A stretch of 60,763 bases of DNA, from contig JBKPKI010000021.1 in assembly GCA_046731055.1 (NCBI GenBank), positions 1-60,763 on the forward strand, given 5' to 3'. The position numbers and the translations under genes were made by a program. The notes beneath the pieces are model-generated. The model did no database searches. It saw nothing but the letters and a program-made list of their open reading frames with translations, and had not been told where the DNA came from. Source of the DNA: Actinomycetota bacterium. GTDB taxonomy: Bacteria > Actinomycetota > Actinomycetes > Actinomycetales > Dermatophilaceae. Numbering within the stretch: the first letter of the stretch is position 1; the number at the start of each line of letters is the position of its first letter. Positions 1 through 9,889 of the stretch are shown here, piece by piece.

Positions 1-794
1 TATAGCTCGGAGGCGTTGCCCAGTTTCACACCGAAGTAGTAGACGGTGACCAGGTGGAGGATCTGCGTGCCGATCCCGAGGAAGACCGCTCCGGGGACCA
101 GACCCCACCAGGGCAGGTTCGGGCTGTGGGGGAGGAGGTACGACACGCCCAGCCACAAGAGTGCCCAGAGGCCGCCGACGATGCAGGTCATGGCGAGACC
201 GGGGCCGGGTGAGGCGTTGCGGATCACCGATGCGGCGGCGGCCAGCCCGCCCCCGACGATCACGACTCCGAGCGTCAGGGCGACGGCCCGCATCGGCCGG
301 TGCACCGACCGCGAAGGCTGGCCCCAGATGAGCGCGGTGGCCACGACCACCGTCTTGGTCAGCGTGTATGACACCCAGAGCATCAGGACACCGCCGACGA
401 TGACGAGGATCCACCGGCTCCGGTGCGCCTCGACGGCAGCCTGTTCCACAGTCGACAACGTGAACCCGCGGATCCCGGAGACCTTTCTTTCCGCGTCGTT
501 GTCGTCGACGGTGAACCCGAGGAGCCCGACCGTAAACAGCGTCGCCGGCAGGGTCCACAGGAAGGTTCGGAAGGCCAGCGCCGCCGCCATGAGCGAGCCG
601 CCGGCCTCGACGTCGCGCTCCCATGTTCGCAACGCCAGGTCGACCTGGTGGTACCGGTCGCGGGAGGACAGCACGCGGTCGCGAGTGGCGTAGACCCGCT
701 CACGGGCCTCACCGAGTCGGCCCTGGGCGGCTGAGTGCCGGGCGACGCTCGGCTGACCGACGTCGTCGTGGTCCTTCGGCCTGCTCGTGCTCAC
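1..794 (-). CDS. YihY/virulence factor BrkB-like membrane protein (runs off window start)
   Basis: Manual translation from GTG at 794 (GGAG upstream): MSTSRPKD...DVEAGGSLMAAALAFRTFLWTLPA...PWWGLVPGAVFLGIGTQILHLVTVYYF...NASELY. Multi-TM and YihY-like. Not in the ORF track because the stop lies outside the window. Confidence 0.75.
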   Translation of the reverse strand, partial: MSTSRPKDHDDVGQPSVARHSAAQGRLGEARERVYATRDRVLSSRDRYHQVDLALRTWERDVEAGGSLMAAALAFRTFLWTLPATLFTVGLLGFTVDDNDAERKVSGIRGFTLSTVEQAAVEAHRSRWILVIVGGVLMLWVSYTLTKTVVVATALIWGQPSRSVHRPMRAVALTLGVVIVGGGLAAAASVIRNASPGPGLAMTCIVGGLWALLWLGVSYLLPHSPNLPWWGLVPGAVFLGIGTQILHLVTVYYFGVKLGNASEL

Positions 795-857
795 GTCATG
801 ACTCCGGTCCGCTCTTCGCCCGGGTTCCGACCCAGCGGTCCGCACCATACTGGCGTC

Positions 858-1597
858 ATGCCGTCGGGGCGAGCACGTCGCGGAACTCCTCGCCGACTGT
901 CCAAACCGTCAACGGTCCTCGCCGAACGCTAGACGACGCTCGACGGGGTCGAGGTCTTCTACCGGGAGTCGCCGAACCCGGTCCACGGCCGTGTGATGCT
1001 GCACCTGCACGGCTTCGGATGTCCGGCGCCTACCTGGTGGCCACGGCCGAACGGCTGGCCGCCGAGTTCCAGACCTACGTCCCGGACCTGCCCGGATTCG
1101 GACGCAGCGGCAAGGCGCTTCGTGCCTTGGACGTCACCGACCTGGCCCATGCCGCCGCTGCCTTCTTCAACGACCGCGGTCTCGACACCGCCACGCTCGT
1201 CGGGAACTCGATGGGCTGCGCGGTCATCACCGAGTTCGCCCGCCGTTACCCCCACCGGATCGAGCGCGCCGTTCTGGTGGCGCCCGCCGGCGGACTGCAC
1301 AACCAGCCCCTGCACCGGGCCATGCGATGGCTGGACCGCGACGGCACCCGGGAGCCGCCGCGCCTGGTCCCGGTTGCCGTGCCCGACTACCTGCGGTTCG
1401 GCGTGCCGAGCACCTTGCGGCTCTTCCGGGCCCTGACCCGGTACCCGTCTCTCGACCGGCTGCTTGCCCTGCGCATCCCCACGCTGCGGTCATCGGCAAC
1501 CGCGACCCACTCATGCCCGGCCGCGAGAGCCTGCGCGAGGTCGGCTGGACAGACGGTGAACCACACCCTGCTCGTCGTCATCGAGGGGGCTGCCTGA
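858..1597 (+). pseudogene. Disrupted alpha/beta hydrolase
   Basis: ATG 858; in-frame TAG 930-932; HLHGFG followed by a frameshift near 1018; PDLPGFGRS and GNSMG nucleophile elbow; further frameshifts near 1488 and 1545 (VIGNRDPLMP is in another frame); ends GAA-stop just before the expected catalytic His. Confidence 0.8.
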
Positions 1598-1611
1598 ACA
1601 CGCTTGTTCAG
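1594..1611. promoter_or_regulatory. Putative TetR operator (CTGAACA-N4-TGTTCAG)
   Basis: Perfect 7-bp inverted repeat about 30 bp upstream of the TetR start, with an extra GAACA half-site at 1616-1620. Confidence 0.55.
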
Positions 1612-1639
1612 TCCCGAACAGCGGCGTATTTTCCGGGGC

Positions 1640-2188
1640 ATGACGGCTCTAGCCACCCGCACGCAGCACGCCGACCTTCTCGACGCGGCGGTGACCTATC
1701 TCGTGAGCAACCCGCGCGCCTCCCTCGCCGACATCGCCGCCGCCGCGGGGATCGGTCGGACCACGCTGTTCAAGCGGTATGCGACCCGCGACGAGCTCGA
1801 GCACGCCGTCGCGATGCGCGCGGTCGGCGTCTGCCTCGAGGCTGCCCGGGGCGCCGACACCATGGCCGCGGACGGTGGGCTGCGCTCGCTGGTGACCGCG
1901 CTCGTCCCCGTCGGGCCACAGCTCAACTTCCTGTGGCGGACCCCGAGCCTGCAGAGCGACCAGGAGTTCTGCGCCGCATACAGCGAGGTTGACGCCGCGA
2001 TCGTCGACGTCCTCAGCCGGGCCAAGGCGGTGCGCGCGCTCGACGCGGCGCAGCCTGACTGGTGGCTCCGTCAGACGCTCGTCGCCTTGGTCTATGTGGC
2101 ATGGGAGTGCGTGGAGAGCGGTCGGCTAGCTCGGCTCGACGCGCCTCACCGCGTTCTCGACACGATGCTGAGGGGAGTGGCGGCATGA
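1640..2188 (+). CDS. TetR/AcrR family transcriptional regulator
   Basis: N-terminal HTH ASLADIAAAAGIGRTTLFKRYATRDEL; ATG 1640 lies 7 nt after TATTTT. Confidence 0.9.
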   Translation: MTALATRTQHADLLDAAVTYLVSNPRASLADIAAAAGIGRTTLFKRYATRDELEHAVAMRAVGVCLEAARGADTMAADGGLRSLVTALVPVGPQLNFLWRTPSLQSDQEFCAAYSEVDAAIVDVLSRAKAVRALDAAQPDWWLRQTLVALVYVAWECVESGRLARLDAPHRVLDTMLRGVAA

Positions 2189-3444
2189 CCACGGTCACGC
2201 AGCTCCGGACCGCGGCGAACTTCGCGGGCGGACTGTACAAAGAACGCTGGGACCGCTGGTATGCGGCCCGTTTCCGCGGCGACCAGCTGGCCCGCCTCAG
2301 CCTCCGTGAGGGGCGTCGCGACCCGTATGCGGTCTACGAGGACATGCGGGCCATCGGGCCGATGATCCCGACGCGCCTCGGCAACTGGGCCACGACGAGC
2401 TACGCCATCTGCAACCAGGTGCTGCGCAGCCGCCAGTTCGGGGTGCGGGAGGAGAGCGGGGCGGCACCAGCGCGGTCGCCGCAGGAGGAGTTCGACCTGT
2501 CGTTCCTCAGCCTCAACGAGCCGGACCACGCCCGGCTCCGTCGGGTGGCCGCGCCGGCGTTCAGCCCGAAGATGATGTCGGGATATGCGGCGACGATCGA
2601 CCAGACGGTGGGGGAGCTGCTCGATGCGGCCGACGCCAAGGGCACCTTCGACCTCGTGGCCGATCTCGCCGCACCGCTGCCGATTGCCGTCATCACGCGG
2701 ATGTTGGGCGTCGACGGCGGGGACATTCCCGCCTTCCAGCGTTACGGTGCGGCGCTCGGCAGCGCCCTCGACGGCGTCATGTCGCTCCCTCAGGCGCGCC
2801 GCGTCATGGAGGCAAACCGCGAGCTCGACATCCTCTTCGCGCGGCTGTTCGAGGAGCGAGAACGGGAGCCGCGGGACGACCTTCTCAGCGTCATCGTGGC
2901 CGAGAAGGGCAACGCGATCCGCCCGGAGGAGCTTCGGCCGATGTGTTCGCTGTTGCTCATCGCCGGCTTCGAGACGACGGTGAACCTCATCGGCAACGCG
3001 ACGCGCGCCCTGCTGACGCACCCCGAGCAGTGGGAGATGCTGCGCGCGGACCCCTCACTCGCGGCCGGTGCCATTGAGGAGGTTCTCCGGTGGGACCCAC
3101 CGGTGCAGGAGACCGCTCGGCTGTCGTTCCGCGAGACCGAGGTTGGTGGAGTGCCGGTGCACGTCAATCAGGCGGTGGTCCTGCTCCTGGCCGGCGCGAA
3201 CCGCGACCCGGAGATCTTCGTCGACCCGGCCCGGTTCGACATCACCCGGACGTCCGGCTCCGAGCACCTGTCCTTTTCCGGCGGCATCCACTACTGCCTC
3301 GGGGCTCCTCTCGCACGACTGGAGGCGAAGGTCGCGCTGACCGCACTCACGCAGCGGATGCCGCGGTTGCATCAGACGGGACGCGTGGTCATGCGGCCGT
3401 CCCGGTTGATCCGCGGGCCGCTGCACATGCCGGTCGCTGCCTGA
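2185..3444 (+). CDS. Cytochrome P450
   Basis: AGFETT I-helix, EEVLR (ExxR) and FSGGIHYCLG heme-binding motif; ATGA overlap with the TetR stop. Confidence 0.95.
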   Translation: MTTVTQLRTAANFAGGLYKERWDRWYAARFRGDQLARLSLREGRRDPYAVYEDMRAIGPMIPTRLGNWATTSYAICNQVLRSRQFGVREESGAAPARSPQEEFDLSFLSLNEPDHARLRRVAAPAFSPKMMSGYAATIDQTVGELLDAADAKGTFDLVADLAAPLPIAVITRMLGVDGGDIPAFQRYGAALGSALDGVMSLPQARRVMEANRELDILFARLFEEREREPRDDLLSVIVAEKGNAIRPEELRPMCSLLLIAGFETTVNLIGNATRALLTHPEQWEMLRADPSLAAGAIEEVLRWDPPVQETARLSFRETEVGGVPVHVNQAVVLLLAGANRDPEIFVDPARFDITRTSGSEHLSFSGGIHYCLGAPLARLEAKVALTALTQRMPRLHQTGRVVMRPSRLIRGPLHMPVAA

Positions 3445-3476
3445 GGACCGTCGGAGGGCGGGTCTAGGTTCGGTCC

Positions 3477-4016
3477 ATGAGGCAGGTGCCACAGAACTAC
3501 AGTCAGCAGTGGGCCGGCGGCCAGCGACCCGAGCTGCCCCAAACCGGCGACGAGCGCACGATGCTCACCACCTACCTCGACCACCACCGGGCGACATTCG
3601 AGCTCAAGTGCCGCGGCGTCGACCCGGCCCGGCTCAACGACCGGACCATGCCGCCGTCGACGCTCACCCTTCATGGGTTGCTGCGCCACCTCACCGGGGG
3701 AGAGCGGTGGTGGTTCCAGATCAACTTCGCCGGCGACCATGTTCCGTTGCTCTACTACTCCGACGACGACCCCGACCAGGACTTCGACCGCCTGGACGGC
3801 GACCTCGAGGAGGCCTGGGCGGCGTGGCGGCGCGAGTGCGAGCGGTCTCGCGACATCGTGGCGGCCCACCACCTCGACGACGAAGGAATTCGCGTCCGCG
3901 ACGGCGAGCCCATCTCGCTGCGCGGGGTGGTGCTCAAGATGATCGCCGAGTATGCCCGCCACAACGGCCACGCCGACCTGCTGCGGGAGGCGATCGACGG
4001 GGCGACCGGGGCCTGA
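3477..4016 (+). CDS. DinB/DUF664 family protein (putative mycothiol transferase)
   Basis: ERTMLTTYLDHHR, LHGLLRHL...ERWWF and EYARHNGHADLLREAIDG motifs. Confidence 0.85.
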   Translation: MRQVPQNYSQQWAGGQRPELPQTGDERTMLTTYLDHHRATFELKCRGVDPARLNDRTMPPSTLTLHGLLRHLTGGERWWFQINFAGDHVPLLYYSDDDPDQDFDRLDGDLEEAWAAWRRECERSRDIVAAHHLDDEGIRVRDGEPISLRGVVLKMIAEYARHNGHADLLREAIDGATGA

Positions 4017-4116
4017 GACGGCGTGGACCCACCGAGAGAGACGGTGGCCCCGGCTGGCGCAGACGGCTAGCGTCGCGGAATCGGGCCTTGCCTGGGCCCC
4101 GGCGAAGGAGAGGGTC

Positions 4117-4326
4117 ATGGCTGACCACGTGTACCGCGTGACGGAGGTCGTGGGGACGTCGAGTGAGAGTCTGGAAACGGCGATCCGGACGGGCATCGAC
4201 AAGGCGGCGGAGACGGTGCGCGGCCTCGATTGGTTCGAGGTCACCGAGATCCGCGGACACCTCGAGGACGGCGGGGTCGCACACTTCCAGGTGACGATGA
4301 AGCTCGGGTTCCGCGTCGGCGCTTAG
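4117..4326 (+). CDS. Dodecin (flavin-binding)
   Basis: 69 aa MADHVYRVTEVVGTS...LDWFEVTEIRGH...HFQVTMKLGF; AAGGAG RBS. Confidence 0.93.
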   Translation: MADHVYRVTEVVGTSSESLETAIRTGIDKAAETVRGLDWFEVTEIRGHLEDGGVAHFQVTMKLGFRVGA

Positions 4327-5072
4327 TTGATGAGCAGCGACAGCATGGTGGCGATCACGACGGTGTTGAGGATCCAGGCCATGACGCTCTGGAACGTGAC
4401 CATGCGCCGCATGGATGCCGAGGTCACCGTGGTGTCGGTCGTGCCGAACGTCACCGAGCACCCGGCCGCCAGGTAGACGTAGTCGGAGAAGACCGACTCT
4501 GCGGGACCCGCGAATGCCAGCCCACCCTCCTCGACGTCCTTGCGGGCGTAGTACAGGGCGAAGCTGAAGGTGATGATCGCGATACAGCTGAGCACGGTGA
4601 TCCCGGCCATGGTGAGCACGAGGACCGGGACGTCCTTGCGATTGACGACGGCGGTGACGACTGTGATGAACGCCCAAATGGCGATGCTGACCGGCCAAAC
4701 GATGCTGCCGCCGCCGGCGAGGAGCCAGCGCATCCACGCCGACCGCGGCAGTGGTGTCCCCAGGATGCGGCGAACCAGCTCGGCGTGGTCCGCCCTTCGG
4801 AAGGCCCGGGCGCCCAGCCACAGGTAGGCGATCGCGAATCCGACCCAGGCGATGAGGTTGGAGCCGTAGTCCTCCTCGAGGGCCCGTTGAGCCGGGGTTA
4901 GCTGCTTTCGAAACCCGAACTCCTGGTAGAGGCTCTGGAGGATAGCGAACAGCAGGCTGAAGAGGAGCCCCAAGCCGATCGCCGCCCAGAGCCGGAACAC
5001 GTCCGAGCACGACCGGGGGATCGGCGCCGGCCGCTTGTCTGGAGGCGGGAAGACGATGTACTTCTCAGGCAT
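4323..5072 (-). CDS. DUF1345-like membrane protein
   Basis: Several TM segments; C-terminal FSDYVYLA...TFGTTDTTVTSASMRRMVTFQSVMAWILNTVVIA; GAGGA upstream of ATG 5072. Confidence 0.75.
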   Translation of the reverse strand: MPEKYIVFPPPDKRPAPIPRSCSDVFRLWAAIGLGLLFSLLFAILQSLYQEFGFRKQLTPAQRALEEDYGSNLIAWVGFAIAYLWLGARAFRRADHAELVRRILGTPLPRSAWMRWLLAGGGSIVWPVSIAIWAFITVVTAVVNRKDVPVLVLTMAGITVLSCIAIITFSFALYYARKDVEEGGLAFAGPAESVFSDYVYLAAGCSVTFGTTDTTVTSASMRRMVTFQSVMAWILNTVVIATMLSLLIN

Positions 5073-5130
5073 GGCGTCCTCGGTGGGTGGGTAGCCGAAG
5101 CCATTGTCCTGCGTCCCCCGCTGTAACCGG

Positions 5131-5187
5131 CGAAAGGCCAACTTTGGTCGTTTTGGCGCCGTCATAACGACCAAACTTGGCCTTTCG
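5131..5187. repeat. Long palindrome (22-bp arms, 1 mismatch)
   Basis: CGAAAGGCCAACTTTGGTCGTT (5131-5152) / AACGACCAAACTTGGCCTTTCG (5166-5187). Confidence 0.85.
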
Positions 5188-5249
5188 ACAGCTGAAGCGC
5201 GGGTCGGCGTGGTCGGGCCTGCCCTCGACCGCGTGAAAGACTTGACGCC

Positions 5250-7097
<1,848 letters not shown>

Positions 7098-7128
7098 CCC
7101 TGTCGGCTCCGCCGCCTAGCCTGACCGG

Positions 7129-7971
7129 GTGCGCGAGCACTACACGCATACCGTCGGGCCGCCGCTGCGTCCGTACGTGACCCTCGCGGTCGGCTATCGG
7201 TATGCCGGTGCGCCTCCGGGCGTCCACATCGGCATGCCGTCGGGCACGCTGACGCTCGTCGTGCCGTTCGATGAGCCACTGCTCCTCAGCGGTGCCGGGC
7301 TCTCCCGGCGGACCCCGTTCGAGGGGGTGCTCGCCGGGCTGGCCACCGCTCCGACGCTGATCCACCACGAGGGACGCCAACACGGCGTGCAGCTCGGCCT
7401 CACTCCGGCCGGAGCCCGAGCCCTCTTCGGCCTCCCGGCCGCTGAGCTGGCCGAGCGGTCCGTCGAGCTCGAGGACGTCGTCGGGCGCGTCGCCCGGTCG
7501 CTTCGTGACGAGCTCCAGGAGTATGCGACGTGGCGGGAGCGGTTCGCCGCGGTGGAACGCGTCGTCCTCGAGCTGGTGCGCACGAACGACGTGGGCCGGG
7601 AAGCGGCGCCCGAGGTGAGGGAGGCCTGGCGGCTGATCCGCCGCGGTCGAGGATCGACTCCGGTCGCCGCGCTGGCCTCGGACGTGGGGTGGTCGACGCG
7701 CCACCTCGAGCACCGGTTCCGTGGCGAGTTCGGGATCACCCCGAAGTCCGCGGTTCGGTTGACCCGGTTCGAGCGGTCGGTCGAGGTCGCGCGCGACCCC
7801 CGACGGAGGCTCGCCGACGTCGCGGCCGAGTGCGGCTATGCCGACCAGGCGCACCTCGCCCGGGAGTGGCGAGAGCTGGCCGGGTTGCCGCCGTCCCGGT
7901 GGCGCGCGGAGGACGACCTCGCATTCGTCCAAGACGACCAAGCGGCTCGCTCGGCAGCATGGGGGACATGA
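7129..7971 (+). CDS. AraC family transcriptional regulator
   Basis: C-terminal GWSTRHLEHRF...GITPK and LADVAAECGYADQAHLAREWRELAGLPP. Confidence 0.9.
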   Translation: MREHYTHTVGPPLRPYVTLAVGYRYAGAPPGVHIGMPSGTLTLVVPFDEPLLLSGAGLSRRTPFEGVLAGLATAPTLIHHEGRQHGVQLGLTPAGARALFGLPAAELAERSVELEDVVGRVARSLRDELQEYATWRERFAAVERVVLELVRTNDVGREAAPEVREAWRLIRRGRGSTPVAALASDVGWSTRHLEHRFRGEFGITPKSAVRLTRFERSVEVARDPRRRLADVAAECGYADQAHLAREWRELAGLPPSRWRAEDDLAFVQDDQAARSAAWGT

Positions 7972-8366
7972 CAACACGCACTGACCACAACGTCTGGCCC
8001 GGGCTCAGCTATGACGACGCCCACGCCGCCCGCGGGTGGCTGGCGGCGCTCGGCTTCGAGGAAGGAATCGTCGTCGAGGGTGAGAGGCCGGGGGAGATCC
8101 AGCACAGCGAAATGCTCTGGCCGGGCGGCGGTCGCGTGATGGTGCACAGCCGCGGCAAGGCGGACGAGACCTTCACGACGCCGAGGGGGAGCGGAAACGT
8201 CTACGTGGTGTGCGACGACCCGGACGCGGTCTGGGGCAAGGCGCAGGCACTCGGTGCGACGGTGCTCCGACCGATGGAGGACACCGACTACGGCTCCCGC
8301 GGGTTCTCGATCGCCGACGCCGAGGGCAATGCCTGGTCGTTCGGGACCTACGCCGGCGAGGACTGA
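7968..8366 (+). CDS. VOC/glyoxalase family protein
   Basis: VWPGLSYDDAHAA...DTDYGSRGFSIADAEGNAWSFGTY; ATGA overlap with the AraC gene. Confidence 0.88.
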   Translation: MTTRTDHNVWPGLSYDDAHAARGWLAALGFEEGIVVEGERPGEIQHSEMLWPGGGRVMVHSRGKADETFTTPRGSGNVYVVCDDPDAVWGKAQALGATVLRPMEDTDYGSRGFSIADAEGNAWSFGTYAGED

Positions 8367-9355
8367 CCGGCGCCGCTCGGCGGCCAATCCGGGGGTACCT
8401 CCCGCTTGCGGGGCCGATCCTTCTGGAAATCGAGGAGCTTGGCCCGCAGGCGGTCGGTGTCCTCGGCGGTCCAGCCGTGCTGCTCCAGCCACGCCTCGGC
8501 GCCGCCCTCGCGGTCGAGAGCCCGGACGAGTAACCGCATGGTCTCGGCCTGCGGTTGCTGCTGGGCGACCGTCTTGCCGTCGAGGTTCGCCGCGTACGCC
8601 GGGTGTCGAGCGAGCCGCTCAAGGATGCGCGGGACCCGCTCGGCGGACGCCGCGTAGTCCGCGACGACTGCCTCGTGGGTGACCCCGGCCACCAGCAGGG
8701 CCAGCCCGACGATGGTGCCTGTCCGGTCCTTACCGGCCGCGCAGTGCACCACCACGGCGCCCTTCGCCTGTGCGATCGCCCTCAACGCGGCCACCACCGA
8801 GTCCGGACGCTGGGTGAGATACCCCAGGTAGTGCCCGGACCAGTAGGCGTCGTGCTGGCGGCGCTCCTCCGCCGAGCCCCGACTACGTCCGGTCTCGCCG
8901 TGGCGCCGCTTTTTCGGACGACGGACTCCGGCCGCCGTCCCGAACTTGCGGTCGCTCTCCCATGGCAGATTCCGTTCCCCGGGCGGAATGCCGGTCTCCT
9001 TGGTGTCCTCGGTGTAGAGCGTGTGGTGGTGCAGGCGCACGCCGCGCTCGGCGACCATGGGGCCGTCGCCCTCCTTGGCAACCTCGACGAACGTGCGCAG
9101 GTCGACGACGTCGGTCACTCCGAGGTCGTCCACGAGGTGACGGACCGACGCCGGCGCGAGCTCCTGGAGGTTGTCGGACCGGATGAGCCGACCCGCGACG
9201 ACGGACCGCCCGTCGGTCGTGGGAAGCCCGCCGACGTCACGCATGTTGTCGACGCCGTCGAGCTCGATCCAGCGCGGATCGTGGCTGAGGGCGACATCCA
9301 TCGCTGGGACTGGGGCCGGATCGTCGGCCGCCTGGGAAGCAGCGGTGGACGTCAC
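8348..9355 (-). CDS. Tyrosine-protein phosphatase (PtpB/Y_phosphatase3-like)
   Basis: NMRDVGG, VVDLR and P-loop VHCAAGKDRTG. Confidence 0.9.
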   Translation of the reverse strand: MTSTAASQAADDPAPVPAMDVALSHDPRWIELDGVDNMRDVGGLPTTDGRSVVAGRLIRSDNLQELAPASVRHLVDDLGVTDVVDLRTFVEVAKEGDGPMVAERGVRLHHHTLYTEDTKETGIPPGERNLPWESDRKFGTAAGVRRPKKRRHGETGRSRGSAEERRQHDAYWSGHYLGYLTQRPDSVVAALRAIAQAKGAVVVHCAAGKDRTGTIVGLALLVAGVTHEAVVADYAASAERVPRILERLARHPAYAANLDGKTVAQQQPQAETMRLLVRALDREGGAEAWLEQHGWTAEDTDRLRAKLLDFQKDRPRKREVPPDWPPSGAGQSSPA

Positions 9356-9379
9356 GCCACGACCCTAACGGGCACCGGT

Positions 9380-9414
9380 GAGGGCCCCGGGAAGTATGAG
9401 TTCCCGGGGCCCTC
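9380..9414. terminator. GC-rich stem-loop, probable intrinsic terminator
   Basis: GAGGGCCCCGGGAA-N7-TTCCCGGGGCCCTC perfect 14-bp stem; no U-tract. Confidence 0.6.
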
Positions 9415-9551
9415 TGCGACGGGCCGGAGCACGCCGCTCGATGTCCGAGGTTTGACCCTCGCACAGACCCGAAGTTCCGCGAATCTCGTTCTCCCGAAAG
9501 AGAATTGGACCCCTCAGATCTTCGGTCCGCCTCCGGCGAACCGGCGGCGTG
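9380..9551 (-). ncRNA. Candidate structured non-coding RNA or cis-regulatory leader (unassigned family)
   Basis: The minus strand has three UUCG-capped hairpins, G-U pairs that favour this strand, a closing helix CACGCCGC/GCGGCGUG, an upstream TTGCGG-N18-TAGAAA promoter-like pair and a terminal hairpin. No credible ORF. Confidence 0.55.
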
Positions 9552-9627
9552 GGGATATTTCTAGGCCTTCGCGAACCGGTCCCGCAAGGGCTTCATCCGA
9601 ACTTTTTCGGACCGATTTGGGTCGCTC

Positions 9628-9651
9628 CGGCGTGTCGCGCTCGACACGCCG
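9628..9651. promoter_or_regulatory. Palindrome CGGCGTGTCG-N4-CGACACGCCG (GACAC-containing; possible WhiA-type site)
   Basis: Perfect 10-bp inverted repeat upstream of the candidate ncRNA promoter. GACAC is the known WhiA core; the assignment is inference. Confidence 0.4.
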
Positions 9652-9889
9652 ACCGACGTCCTGGACCTGGTCTCCCGCGAGCGCGGCGGATGGCGGTCTG
9701 CGCCCGGTTCGCACCGATCGCGCTCGCCGCAGGGCAGCAAGCCTGGCTGGTGCGCGTGCCCTGATCCCTGGTCGCCATCCCCTGCTCGCCGCCCTCGCCA
9801 ACGTCCCGGCGAGCACCTGGGGCTCGCGCACCCCAGCGCGGTACGGGGTCACGACGCATACCGGTTGAGGGCGCTGGGAGACTGGAGCA

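Noticed and set aside
9660-9860. Additional GC-rich hairpins upstream of hemW
   Set aside because: Pairings are short or imperfect and expected at this GC content, with no strand-specific or tetraloop signal.
8555-9868. 437-aa plus-strand ORF and short ORFs over the 9.4-9.9 kb gap
   Set aside because: Antisense to the phosphatase, Arg/Pro-rich and without motifs. The gap is better explained by RNA or DNA structure.
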